Positions 9,851 through 21,000 of a stretch of 64,000 nucleotides of DNA are shown piece after piece (position 1 is the first letter of the stretch; every line of letters begins with the position of its first letter). Under the pieces are notes generated by a model, which did no database searches, had not been told where the DNA came from, and saw only the letters and a list, made by a program, of their open reading frames with translations. The position numbers were made by a program, and so were the translations under genes. The DNA comes from a virus (lineage: Duplodnaviria > Caudoviricetes). The stretch covers positions 160,001 through 224,000 of the IMG/VR virus record IMGVR_UViG_3300014208_000026; one strand, written 5' to 3'.

Positions 9851-10813
9851 ATGGCTGAAAAGAAAAAAAGACAGTACACAGAGGAACAGAAAAAGAAATA
9901 CAGTGATTTGCAGAAGAAAAAGTACCTGGAACAAAAAGCCAGTAAACCAGAGGGGGTCTGTGCTCAACCCTATTGTAACAATCCCATTGAGGATGCAAAG
10001 TATAAGGTCTGTTTGTCTTGCAGAGAGCACAACAGGGAAGCTGTAAAAAAATACCGCAAAGTGCCAAAACCAGAAGGGATTTGTAGCGTTTCGGGTTGTA
10101 AAAATCAAGCCCGTCCAGGTTTAGCTCACTGTGAAGATTGTGCCGCCAAACAGGCTGTCTATGGAAAAAAACCCATCAACAGGAAAAAAGGCCAGGAGAG
10201 AAATCGCCGTCTGCGGGATGAAGTGTTTAATGCTTATGGGGGTCGTTGCTGCTGTTGCGGTGAAAGCAATTTTGCGTTTCTGTCTATTGACCACGAGAAT
10301 GGTTTTGATGGCACAGGCCCGAGAAAAGGGGACCATTTATATGGCTGGTTGAAGGCACAGGGTTTCCCTTCTGGTTTTAGAGTTCTGTGTATGAATTGCA
10401 ATTGTTCTCTCGGGCACAGAGGTTATTGTCCGCATGGGAATTTGACACAAGCGGTAAAGCCAAAGACTCTTTCTCCTACGGAGCAAACATTGGCACGTCG
10501 AGAATATCAGAAAGATCGGCATATTGAACTCAGGAAGAAAGTCTTTGAGGTATATGGGGGTGCTGTTTGTACTTGTTGCGGTGAAACCATTTTTGAGTTT
10601 CTTACGATAGACCATTTGGAGGGCACAGGTGCAGAGCATCGAAGGGAAGATAGAGGAGCACGGGATTTATGTGCTTGGATTGTGAGTCGTGGTTTCCCTC
10701 CGGGTTTTCAGGTTCTCTGCATGAATTGCAATGCTGCAAAGGGACGTCACAACAGCGGGGGAAAGTGCCCCCATGAAAAAGCCAGAGAAGTGTTGTTGGA
10801 GAAGGTTGAATGA
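9851..10813 (+). CDS. Free-standing homing-type endonuclease with two tandem HNH domains and N-terminal Cys motifs
   Basis: Two copies of YGG-x-CxCCGE...FLxIDH...GFxVLCMNCN...CPH (about 10235-10435 and 10553-10774), plus N-terminal CxxxxC...CxxC pairs. The ATG at 9851 with GAGG is preferred over the GTG at 9842. AT-rich. Confidence 0.8.
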   Translation: MAEKKKRQYTEEQKKKYSDLQKKKYLEQKASKPEGVCAQPYCNNPIEDAKYKVCLSCREHNREAVKKYRKVPKPEGICSVSGCKNQARPGLAHCEDCAAKQAVYGKKPINRKKGQERNRRLRDEVFNAYGGRCCCCGESNFAFLSIDHENGFDGTGPRKGDHLYGWLKAQGFPSGFRVLCMNCNCSLGHRGYCPHGNLTQAVKPKTLSPTEQTLARREYQKDRHIELRKKVFEVYGGAVCTCCGETIFEFLTIDHLEGTGAEHRREDRGARDLCAWIVSRGFPPGFQVLCMNCNAAKGRHNSGGKCPHEKAREVLLEKVE

Positions 10814-13800
10814 GTGATAGCTTAAGCTCGCGCCCATATATTGGCACATATAGGCTGAACAATCGAACTCTTGTTCAGTATACTCCTGACTGTTTGGTAT
10901 TTGTTAACGGCGATCAAACCATTCCTGGTTGTCCTAAATGCAATGGGCGTATTGATATTCAGCCTTACGTAACCCAAGTTTCTGTTGATGCTGGCGTTGA
11001 CGCTGGTTCTCATCAAGCCAATTTCAACCTATCTGTGCCCAAAACACTTATGTCATCTTTTTCTCGTGATGCCAAATATTTGGTCCGTCCAAGCATGGAA
11101 ATTCACATATATATGAAAGGTTTTTTTGCCCTTAAAGGCATGTATGCCAACCTTAATTCCGAAGAATTAGGTCTAGGCGATGTTGATCTTACAGGTGTGT
11201 TAAACTATCCCTACTATCATGTTTTTCACGGTGTAATCACTCAAGTTGATGTGAACGAAGCAGGGGGTTTCCAGCAGTTCACGGTAAACTGTGCTTCTAT
11301 GTTGTATTTCTGGCAGTATCAGGATATCTCTACCAATGCATCTTACTTTGGTGCTAGACCTGATAATGGTATGCTCAGGATGTCCTATGTGGGCCACACG
11401 CTTACGGGCAAAACACCATATCAGATTGTTTATCAGATGTTTCATGACGTCGCGGGTGCTGCTTCTGGTGTGGCCCAGGTTTTCTCGGACCAGACCAACG
11501 TGGCGTCCGTATCCGAGACGGGGAGAACAATGTTCTCGGTTGCCCTGGAGTATTGGAAGAGGCGTTTCAGCACCAAGATAAACAACCTCCGGATGTTCGG
11601 GGCCAGCGGGAAACTGTTCAACACGGCCCAGGCCGCATGGCTAGGGCAGGCCTCGTTAGACAGCGTGCTTTCTGTGATGAAGTTCCGGTTTGACACTCAG
11701 GGGTCTGGTCAGACCGAAGTCTATCCGGCGAACGATCAGGCAAATCGTCAGAAGGCGATCATCGCAGGCCAGTTGTCTGAAGCTGAGAAGTCTAGTCCCA
11801 CTGGAGGCCCTATCAACGTTGCGGAGAAGCTGGCCTTCATTAACGATATTGGCCAGTGGGGGCAGATCAACATTTTCGAATCTTCCTACGAGCCGAAGCT
11901 GGATATCATCAACCGCGTAGTAGAGGTTACGGGTTGGGAGTTCTTCCAGGACGTCGACGGTGACTTCGTTTTTAAGCCGCCTTTTTATAATTTGGATACC
12001 TCCACGAGTCGTGTCTACAGGTTGGAGGATGGGGATATCATCGACATTTCCCATTCGACCAAGGAGCCTGAAGCGACCTTCGTGACCCTCAAGGGTTCCC
12101 AGGTTAAGAACTACACTGGCACGGGGATGGAGAACGAGTGGGGGGTCAGAGGCCAGTATATCGACTACCGGTTGGTGGCTCAGTATGGGTGGCGGCCCCA
12201 CAACTTCGACACGGCCTATTTCAACGATCCCAAGAGCATGTTCTTCGCGGCTGTGAATCGGCTGGACGTGTTGAATGCTAAGATCAACTCCGGTTCTGCT
12301 ACAATTCCTATCCGTCCAGAGATTCGTCCTGGATATCCTGTTTACGTGCCTAGGTACGACTGTTATTTCTATGTCGAAAATTTGAGTCATTCATACCAGC
12401 CCGGGGGGTCGTGTACGACCACTCTGACCCTGACAGCGAAACGGGGGAAGTTCTACCCCCCGGGGGACCTAGAGGCTCCGGACGACAGTATTTCGAAGAC
12501 CGTGAAGCTGGATAAGCTGTGGATGCCTGAGCGTCCGATCCGAGTAGAGAACGACGCAGGGGAGTCCCGACTTTCTGGTTTCCCGAACGTGGTCATGGCT
12601 CTCGACACGGAGCATATCAATCCCATGACGGCTATTCTGGGTTCGGATGCTGAGGACTACCTTCGGGATGCTGACTCTTTGAGGCTGTTCATTGATGCTG
12701 CTGTCGAGTTGGGTAACGTGCTGAGAAAAGTAGATAATGAGCCCGGCGTCTACGAGATGATTGACTCGGAGACAACGAAGAAAAGATTCTCCCTCGGTAC
12801 TACGGTCCCTGGTGCTGTTGATTTGCAGAAAGCGGCCAATGACTACGTGTCGGCTCAAGGTATGATAGTGTCGATCAATACCGGTAAGCAAAAGGATATA
12901 GTTACTTTAAATAAGAAAATAGCCGCCCTGTCTAAGTCGAAAGATGAGGCCGAGGTTAAAGGGGACACTAAAAAAGTCGAGGCACTACAGAAACAGATCG
13001 ATACTGCCCAAACCAACGTCGAGGATATTAATGCCGGTCTCATAACTTCTAAAGCGGCATCTGGACTAGTAGGGGACGGGGCCGAAGATATGAACGCGCT
13101 GATCTCCCTCATCAACGCCGTAACCAAGTCCATGGAAGGGAGTAGCGACTACCCGAAGGCCAACAGTACTGCCAACCTGCTTGATATTCTCAGTGACAAG
13201 AAAGCTTCGATGAGCTGTGGGACCCAGCCTGGATATTACCGGTACTTCTCGGCTTCGCACCCCGATGCAGAACAGCAGGGTCAGAAGAAGGTGATCTACG
13301 ATAAGGACGGGAAGACTCTGGTTGCTGTCACGGTTGCGGGTTCTACTCGCCTAATGAGGTTCCACGGTGCTGCGGAGCCGTATAGGATGGAACCTGAAGA
13401 GGTGAGCGGGATTCGGGGGATTGAGATTCTGAGCAATGACCCTAAGTTTCAGCCTACCAAGATCGTGCCGACAAACGAAATCCGAACCCTGGAGTTCGCC
13501 GTGAACTCGATTCGGAAGCCGCAGTACCGCACGGCTCTCGATCAGAGTGAATCGCCGGTTGCCATTGCCGATAGAACGGCTCAGGACGTAGCCAATCGGG
13601 CTCCTGGGGAAGTTCCGGGTGAGACGGATATACTCAGCGAGGCTTTTGCTGACTGTTTGGGGGCTTTTGAAGTGCCGCCTACGGCGGTTCAGGTCAAAGG
13701 CAAGACCTTGTTGATGACGAGTACTTTCGGTGACGCCAAAACCGCCTTGGGAGAAGCTGGGAAGAACGGGGCTTACGTCAGAGACGCTATCGCTCAGGCT

Positions 13801-15018
13801 TTTGGGGCGCTGCGAAAGAAACAGCTCCAGAGCACGTTTGCCAGTACCTACGCAGCGACGGTGCAACCAAAGGTGGGATCAGCACAGGAGGCCACAGCGA
13901 CCACAGAGCAAGCAAAAACGGCTAGTCGGTCTACAAAGGATCTGAACAGCACTGCGGCGTCAGCCACTAAGGAGGGTCAGAGGCTTGCAGTATTGGGTAG
14001 TCCTACGGCGGATCCTGACACTCTGGCAAATCTCAATTCTCTAACAAATCCGACTTCGGCTACCTCGGCCGAAGTCCAGGCAGTCTGGGATGCACAGGCA
14101 GCGAAGATAAAGCAGCAAGAGGCGTACCTTTATGCTCTTGAGCACAAGCTGCCCCTACCGCAGGCTCCTGCAAGCCCCGCTGCATCTTCAACCAGCGGAG
14201 CAGGCGCCGCTGTCCCCATATCCCCAAAGACAACCAACCACCCTCAGAAAACCTCTCCCAAGAAGGTTCAAGTCCCGATGGACCTGAATGTTCCTAGTCC
14301 CGTATTCCCCGTCTCGGACGGCAGAGGCTACGAGGTTATTGGGTCTTATCGCTACGGTAGAGACGTGAGTATCGAACCTGGGGGGTCTTTGGATCAGATT
14401 GCCCGCTATGACCCCTTTGGTTTAGCGGACAGGGAAGCAACCGAAGCGTTCATGGAGTCCTTGATGGCTGGACGTGCCGATATCTCTGGTAAAGAGGACG
14501 CTCTTATCGCCTCCATTCGGAACAACAGCTTGATGTCAGGCCGTAGCGGGGATGTTCTGGACGCTCCGCTCACGGGCTCTCCTGACACCGCCGCTATCAA
14601 CCAAGGTTTGCGGAACATGATTGCGACTTCGTTGAAGGGCGAGGCTAAGCAGCCTATCACGAATACCGCCTACTCCCTGGCTGCTTTGCAGATTCACAGC
14701 AGCCAGAAACCTTGTGCCTGCCGTGCTTCTGAGGCGAACGTCATGGTTGCCGCTCTGTCCAACAACTTCTCGGATATCTCGGTCGAATCCGTTCCTGCGG
14801 GGATGGACGCCATTACGGGTAAGTACCGCGAGGAAATGCTGGCTAAGGCTCTGGCTTGGAAGCAGCAGCAAGACGCCCTGCGGGGTACCGGAGCACCGGA
14901 AAACAGTTTCATCGATACAATCAAGGGAGAGGCAGACAAGCTGTGGCGGTCTCCTGAGAACGTGGATGCTATCATGCGGGAAAAAGATGCTCTCCTAGCT
15001 AAAGCGAGGGAATTGTAA
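10810..15018 (+). CDS. Baseplate hub protein (gp27/VgrG-N-like), greatly extended
   Basis: 1402 aa with FFQDVDGDFVFKPPFY and GSATIPIRPEIRPGYPVY...YFYVENLSHSY...TTTLTL hub motifs. Immediately precedes the spike gene. Confidence 0.65.
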   Translation: MSDSLSSRPYIGTYRLNNRTLVQYTPDCLVFVNGDQTIPGCPKCNGRIDIQPYVTQVSVDAGVDAGSHQANFNLSVPKTLMSSFSRDAKYLVRPSMEIHIYMKGFFALKGMYANLNSEELGLGDVDLTGVLNYPYYHVFHGVITQVDVNEAGGFQQFTVNCASMLYFWQYQDISTNASYFGARPDNGMLRMSYVGHTLTGKTPYQIVYQMFHDVAGAASGVAQVFSDQTNVASVSETGRTMFSVALEYWKRRFSTKINNLRMFGASGKLFNTAQAAWLGQASLDSVLSVMKFRFDTQGSGQTEVYPANDQANRQKAIIAGQLSEAEKSSPTGGPINVAEKLAFINDIGQWGQINIFESSYEPKLDIINRVVEVTGWEFFQDVDGDFVFKPPFYNLDTSTSRVYRLEDGDIIDISHSTKEPEATFVTLKGSQVKNYTGTGMENEWGVRGQYIDYRLVAQYGWRPHNFDTAYFNDPKSMFFAAVNRLDVLNAKINSGSATIPIRPEIRPGYPVYVPRYDCYFYVENLSHSYQPGGSCTTTLTLTAKRGKFYPPGDLEAPDDSISKTVKLDKLWMPERPIRVENDAGESRLSGFPNVVMALDTEHINPMTAILGSDAEDYLRDADSLRLFIDAAVELGNVLRKVDNEPGVYEMIDSETTKKRFSLGTTVPGAVDLQKAANDYVSAQGMIVSINTGKQKDIVTLNKKIAALSKSKDEAEVKGDTKKVEALQKQIDTAQTNVEDINAGLITSKAASGLVGDGAEDMNALISLINAVTKSMEGSSDYPKANSTANLLDILSDKKASMSCGTQPGYYRYFSASHPDAEQQGQKKVIYDKDGKTLVAVTVAGSTRLMRFHGAAEPYRMEPEEVSGIRGIEILSNDPKFQPTKIVPTNEIRTLEFAVNSIRKPQYRTALDQSESPVAIADRTAQDVANRAPGEVPGETDILSEAFADCLGAFEVPPTAVQVKGKTLLMTSTFGDAKTALGEAGKNGAYVRDAIAQAFGALRKKQLQSTFASTYAATVQPKVGSAQEATATTEQAKTASRSTKDLNSTAASATKEGQRLAVLGSPTADPDTLANLNSLTNPTSATSAEVQAVWDAQAAKIKQQEAYLYALEHKLPLPQAPASPAASSTSGAGAAVPISPKTTNHPQKTSPKKVQVPMDLNVPSPVFPVSDGRGYEVIGSYRYGRDVSIEPGGSLDQIARYDPFGLADREATEAFMESLMAGRADISGKEDALIASIRNNSLMSGRSGDVLDAPLTGSPDTAAINQGLRNMIATSLKGEAKQPITNTAYSLAALQIHSSQKPCACRASEANVMVAALSNNFSDISVESVPAGMDAITGKYREEMLAKALAWKQQQDALRGTGAPENSFIDTIKGEADKLWRSPENVDAIMREKDALLAKAREL

Positions 15019-17417
15019 TGGCTCCCAAACTCCCTGAATACCTGTCGAAGGTTCTCCCTGGCCGGATGAGCGTGGACTTCAAACCTAAGCTCTCGAAGAA
15101 GCGGGCCTCTCCCAGCAGCGGGTATTCGACGTGGGGTTTTGGGCTGGCCCGTGTCAAGATTGTCAACTACGAAGAGTTCACGGTTACGCTTCAGGTTGTC
15201 TCGGGAGAGGATAACCTGTTCCAGCACGTTCCGGTTCCGATCGGAATGTCGGGGGCGGGGGCCCGGCACATTTCAGGTTCCATGCCGATGGTTGGGGACC
15301 ACTGTTTCGTGGGTTGGATGGCCCAGGAAAGTTCTGGCGGGAATCGGACGCCTGTCATCATCAACTGGGTTGTGCCTGGGGCATGGCCTGGACACGATTG
15401 GCTCCCTACGCAGCCTTTCACGCCCGATGAATTCGGTTTCACGCATGCTGACAACGCCTTCACAGGGAATGCATACCAGAGGGAAAGGCACAAGCTCCGT
15501 CATTACCGGCCCGGGAATGAGTTTGCTTCTTCTGCCCAAGGGGCTGATTTCCTGTTGAATGAGGGTGTTTTGCTCTCCGACCGTAGAGGGGATGAGCTTC
15601 GTTTGAGGGACCAGGACCAAGCCCTGGTCGTTAGATCCCTTCAGCAGTTCCACGCCATGGCGGGCGTCCGTGTTTATGGGGGCATGGTCCAGAGGGATGC
15701 TACGTTCCTGCCCACTCAAATGTTCTCTGACGGTTTTGATTGGGCTGGACCCCGACAATCCGCAAATCGGAATCCCGTCCCCGAATGGGAACTTGGGCCC
15801 ATGATGGGTTTTCCTGCGGGGTTCTTGACTCCCGATCTCTCCATGCAACGTCTTCCTCTGGGAACCACGCAGACCGGGGTTTCAGGGGCCAGCCTAACGG
15901 ATCCTTTGGACCCGTTCAAGTTCCTGCAGCGGGGCCTGTTCGTCGACGCCAAGGGGTATGCCGATGGGCTCACCCTTGGGGACACTGTTCTCCAGAAGGC
16001 CGTATACGGGGGAAAGACTATCTATCGGGTGTCTCTCCCCGACTCTACGAACCGGCCTGACAATGCCGTTACGGAGTTCCAGAAGCCCGCTTTGACGGAG
16101 TATCGCATCGAAGTGGCCCACACGGCGGATGGGAAGTTGCCTGTTACGGAACAGACTGACGGGTTCGATGCTGAGAGGTTGCCTGACGCCAGCGGCAAGT
16201 CTGCGAATGCTCCTTTCATCGAGATGGTGTGGGGCAGTGTCGTGGGCAACGACCCCTATACGGCTATGGGTCGCCTCCAGTACGCAATTCCCCTGAAGCC
16301 TGTTATCGTGAATGAAGCAGGACAGACCGAGCCGGATATGCGGATCGCTCTTGGGTCGGAACTCAAGGACTACGCCGCTACCCTGTTCCGGCTCCGTCCC
16401 CCCATGCCCGACCCGCCGAAGACCACGTTCTGGTCGACTACAATGGATGGGCGGTTCAAGGCTTTCATCGGGGGATCTCCCGATGATTTCTCGGTAGATG
16501 CAGCTTTGGAAGGCGGGTTGCGTCTCCGTGTGGGCGGGCGAGTTGAGTTGGGGTTCGATGGTGGTTTCAACCTGTCGACGAGAAGCGGAAGCCCCTCGAA
16601 CAATAACGTCGGGTTGGGGCTCAGTTCCCAGACCGGAGCCGTGCATGTTTACGGTGGCGGGGAGATGACCGGTGACTCCGTGATCTTGGGTAAGGGGTCC
16701 GGGGTAGCCGCCTACAGTCTGATCATGGAAGGGCGGCTCAATGCTCTTGTAAAGGCGTCGAGGCAGGTTCAGATCCAGAGCGCCGATATCACTCTCGGGT
16801 CGGACACGCAGAAGCTTTCGGCCAAGTCAAACATCTCTATCGAGGCAGGGGATAGGATCGGGCTCACCGCTAAGACCCTGGATCTCTCGACCAGCGGGAA
16901 GTGCTCCATGTCGTTCGGCGGGCCGAAGGACCAACTGCCTCCTAATGGGCCTTTGCGGGACACTACTTTCACGACCTTGATTCCTAACCCTGAAGCGGTA
17001 GTAGACAAATATTTTGTGCTGGCAGGTAGCAGAGAAGAGAAGTTCATTGCAGGAAGCCACTCCACTACGATTCTTGTCGGGAACTTGTCTTTTGCCACCC
17101 TTGCCGGAGAGTGGAAAGCTACTGCTGGATTGAATTCTCTTGCCGTAGAAACCGCTTCGGGGCTGAAAGCCAATGTACAGTTGGGGGACGTTCTGTTACA
17201 GGCTCTTGTCGGGGACGCTACCCTAAAAGGGTTGAAATCCGTGACGGTGAAATCGGTGGGAAACGCTACTGTCAGCGGAGGTACCGGCCTGTATCTGGGC
17301 GGCCCTGGCAAGGTTGGGGGTATAGTAAGCGGGGCGGATTTGGATCCGCTGACGGGAGCCCTTTTGTCTTCCTATTTCATGGGGAGCCCTGGACACCAGC
17401 TAACGGCGCCAAGTTAA
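15018..17417 (+). CDS. Central baseplate spike (gp5/VgrG-C-like)
   Basis: 799 aa. N-terminal OB-fold-like LARVKIVNYEEFTVTL...GSMPMVGDHCFVGW, and a C-terminal run of short Val/Gly/Ser/Thr beta-repeats (STTILVGNLSF...VTVKSVGNATVSGGTGLYLGG). Confidence 0.65.
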   Translation: MAPKLPEYLSKVLPGRMSVDFKPKLSKKRASPSSGYSTWGFGLARVKIVNYEEFTVTLQVVSGEDNLFQHVPVPIGMSGAGARHISGSMPMVGDHCFVGWMAQESSGGNRTPVIINWVVPGAWPGHDWLPTQPFTPDEFGFTHADNAFTGNAYQRERHKLRHYRPGNEFASSAQGADFLLNEGVLLSDRRGDELRLRDQDQALVVRSLQQFHAMAGVRVYGGMVQRDATFLPTQMFSDGFDWAGPRQSANRNPVPEWELGPMMGFPAGFLTPDLSMQRLPLGTTQTGVSGASLTDPLDPFKFLQRGLFVDAKGYADGLTLGDTVLQKAVYGGKTIYRVSLPDSTNRPDNAVTEFQKPALTEYRIEVAHTADGKLPVTEQTDGFDAERLPDASGKSANAPFIEMVWGSVVGNDPYTAMGRLQYAIPLKPVIVNEAGQTEPDMRIALGSELKDYAATLFRLRPPMPDPPKTTFWSTTMDGRFKAFIGGSPDDFSVDAALEGGLRLRVGGRVELGFDGGFNLSTRSGSPSNNNVGLGLSSQTGAVHVYGGGEMTGDSVILGKGSGVAAYSLIMEGRLNALVKASRQVQIQSADITLGSDTQKLSAKSNISIEAGDRIGLTAKTLDLSTSGKCSMSFGGPKDQLPPNGPLRDTTFTTLIPNPEAVVDKYFVLAGSREEKFIAGSHSTTILVGNLSFATLAGEWKATAGLNSLAVETASGLKANVQLGDVLLQALVGDATLKGLKSVTVKSVGNATVSGGTGLYLGGPGKVGGIVSGADLDPLTGALLSSYFMGSPGHQLTAPS

Positions 17418-17433
17418 GGGAGATTGAAACCAT

Positions 17434-18006
17434 ATGCCTCTTTCTGGACCGCAAATAGCCGCTGAGATTCAGGCCGCTGGAGGCAGTTGGTCGGGGCTAT
17501 CCTTTCCGTCGATTGCTCAGGCGATTGGATCGGCAGTCCAGCAGTGGTCCATGTCTCCCGCCAGCTTGGCTCTCTCAGGGACTACCAGTGGTTCTCCTGG
17601 GGCGGGGGTTGTGACGGGAAAGCTGACGTTGAATTCCGCTCCCTCTCGTGTGTATGACGGTTTGCTTTCGGCGGGAGTGGCAGGACTTATCGCGTCCGAC
17701 TTGGCCGCTTTCGTGTCGATTGGTCTGGCCAAAACGGTTACGTCCGCTGGTTACTACACGGGTTCTTCCGTGGGAGTGGCTTTAGGGTCTGACGTGTCCG
17801 CGGTTTCTATTTCCGATCCTGTTACGCTTACAATGCTATTGAACGCCTATTTGAAACCAGGGCTCACGGCTCCTATGCTGGCTTCTGGTTTGGGGTTGGG
17901 GATCAGTAGCCTGTTTCGAACCATGACGGGATCGGGGGGCGTGGCCGGTACTCCTCTTTCAGGGCCCCCCGCAGTAGGGAGTAGCCCTTTGAGTAAGGTG
18001 ATTTGA
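17434..18006 (+). CDS. Small Gly/Ala/Ser-rich protein after the spike (possible non-PAAR spike tip)
   Basis: 190 aa in the position of tip genes. No PAAR motif. Confidence 0.4.
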   Translation: MPLSGPQIAAEIQAAGGSWSGLSFPSIAQAIGSAVQQWSMSPASLALSGTTSGSPGAGVVTGKLTLNSAPSRVYDGLLSAGVAGLIASDLAAFVSIGLAKTVTSAGYYTGSSVGVALGSDVSAVSISDPVTLTMLLNAYLKPGLTAPMLASGLGLGISSLFRTMTGSGGVAGTPLSGPPAVGSSPLSKVI

Positions 18007-21000
18007 TGGGTAAGTTCGTCTACAAGGCAGTTCGGGCGGCGGCTTCTAATGCCAAAACCACAGAGGTTCCGACTGGCGGAGTTCTGCGGGACTACAAGGT
18101 TCTGCCTCAAGCTTTCGCCTATGCGGATCCTGTTCAATTCGTCGACGTGCCTGGAGAGCAGTATCGCACGGCTATCCTGAATAGCTCTGTCCAGGGGGAT
18201 ACGGAGTACCTGCTTTGGGCCGCGAATGGCGGGAGCCTGTCCATTGGAGATCCTACGTGGGTGTTGGAGGATGGGGCCGGAACCATCCCCACGGGGATGC
18301 TAGTAGATACGGGGGCTGTTCATACCGACGGATCTGATTCCATTATCGTGACGGGTGGAGACGGAAGAACCGTTACTTCCGTAGTCCGGGTTGAAGTGGT
18401 GCGGGGAGATGTTCCTGGCTCTGTTATCACGGTTGTTGCATTTGGTTCCGTGAGCCTGACGGGTCGCGTTACATTCGACGGGGCTACACTCCTGTCGTTG
18501 GACGGCGGAGTGTTCCAATCCAGGGGGGACTATATCAAGTCGGTCTGGTACCAGACCGAGCCCGTGAAGTTCTGGTGGTCCCGCAACGATCCTCAACGGA
18601 CTCGCTTCGGTTGGAACAATCAAGTCCAGCGGTGGGAGCCCTACAAGGGCTCTTCGGTCAAAGACTTGGGGCTACTTACCCCCGACGGACGTTACCTCCT
18701 ATCCCCCCGACCCAACCAGTTGAACAGGGGGGAGACGCTACCTGGGGAATTCGCTACTCCCGATACTTACGCAATGGTTCGTTTGGGGCAGTACCCCGAC
18801 AGTAACAGTGACCCTGTAGCTGCGGACGGCCCCGGGGCTTTCACGGGTATTGAAATCGTGTCCGATGAAGAAGCACAGGGCACGGGGTTTGTCTGGGGCA
18901 CTCAGGCGGGTATTGTCGGGGAGACGGGCGGGGTCCTGCAATGGAACCCTGTTTTCCTTAATACCTATGCTGGAAAGACTGTTTGGTACACTCCGCAGGA
19001 CTTCGAGACGGACGTAAACGGTTTTGTTGGAAACATTTCTGTTGGGAACCACCTGCATATCGCCCCTATTCCCGGCCCCACGGACTACCCTTTCATTCGG
19101 GTCGGGACTTGTCGGTACTTGAACGTTCTTGTTGTGGCCGATGAGGCGACGCAAGCTGGCGTGTCTCCCGCTCTCGATGAAGTGGTGGTGGCACTGTCGA
19201 CGGGTAAGCTGAAGTTCAATTCTGGTTTGCTCGCAAAAGCGGACCCGACTGATCCCGCTTTCGATATTCAGTATCTGGGGGCAGAGGTCTACTACGATGG
19301 TGTGGCTCTAACTCAGCAGCCTGTTCCTACCGTAGCCCCTGCCGCTCTTACGGGACCCCTGGACGATCTGTATGCCCCCCTCGCGGACTTTGCTACCGAC
19401 CTCGGTACAAGTGGTGTGCTGTACCTCCCCGATCAGACAGGATTGGTTCCTCAGCCTGGAACCCCTGGTATTCGCCCTGGTGGAGATACCCTGGCGGCTA
19501 CGGCTACGGGGTTGGTTCGTCAGGCCGAGACTTTCGGGGATCTGCTTATTTTCGGTAGTACCCGTGTGTTGGAGAAGGTCATTGTAGTGGATACGGAGAA
19601 CGACGCTCCGAAGCACGCTTTCAAGATCCCCGCGGGGACAGCTTATCTTTCTCGGGACACCGGTCGAGTGTTCCTGTCCCGTAAGGACCAGCATGACTTT
19701 GCCGGACAGCAGTTGTATATCCTTCAGGCTCTCTGTCGTCCGGCGGTTTCGGTTCCTAGGGCCGTTCTCTACTCTCGGCTGGCTTCTCCTTTCACATTGG
19801 AGGGGGCAGATAAACTGTACTTTGCTCTGGACAGCACCTCTTATGTTTGGACCAGTACGCTTGGGGCGGGTACATTCACGGCCCAGCAGATAGTTACGAA
19901 CATCCAAGCCAATACGGCCCCCGCGATTGCCGCTTGGCAGGTCGCGGTTGTTGGGGACCAGATCATTTTGCAGGACGCTCTGGCGGTCGAGATCGGTTGG
20001 GGGGCTTCGCTGACGGACAAGGACTTGTCTGGAGCCAGGGCCCTTGGTTTCCTCCCTGGTTGGAGAGCAACTGCCGCGGGTGGCTGGCTCCCCGACTCTG
20101 GATTCGCTTTCGGGTTGGAACGTAGTCCTGTCAATCTTGACCGTACGGGACCGGAGTCGGACGCTCTGGCCGAGTACAGGACCGAGGACCTGACTCTCTC
20201 CAAGTCCGTGAAGGCCCAGCCGTTCATGTTCTTGGATCAGATTCCTATTCAGGACGTGGCGGGCTACGATGATGACGTGTTTTATCGCTTGACTTCTACG
20301 GTCCAGCGTGGTTCCACGTCCTATACCGTGACTCGACAACTCCAGAACTTCGTGAACGTGAAGTACGATTTCGGGCAGAAGAAGTTGCTCTGGCTGGACA
20401 GTTACGAGAGCACCTCCTTGATCCAGCAGCCTACCTCCGCTTTCTACCTCGGGCAGTTGAACGTCATTCCAGAGACTATGTATCTACCCAGTAACGGGGT
20501 GTGGGTTTCCCGTACGGGAGGGCCGTTACAAAAGCTGGTATACGGAGAGGATTTTATCCTTCCCAACTCCGGAGTGCCTGGAGTGGCTCAGCTAATCCGC
20601 AGGGTCGGGGATACTGAAATGTCCGGTGCGAGAGGACAGTTCACGGCTCTTTCCTCCTCCTTCACGGATCCCGACGCCGATTTCACTTCGGTCCAAGACG
20701 GGTACATTCTGAAGATTCTCGTTGGGGAAGCGGAGGGCTCTTATGTTGTGACTTCAGCGGTTCCGGCATTCCTGACGGTTACTCCGGCTTTTGCTGTCTC
20801 GTCCCCCAGTGCGACCCCTACTGAGTGGGTGGTCTACAAAGCCCATCGCAGGGACGTGTACGATGCGTCGGCTCCGGTTGTATTGGCGGACGTGACCTAT
20901 CGGGAGTTCAACCACCTGACCTCAGAGCCTTTCAAGATTCATGCTCTTTCCTACGTGGGGGACGTACCGGTCGACGCGACTGCGCAGTTTGCGCATCGGC

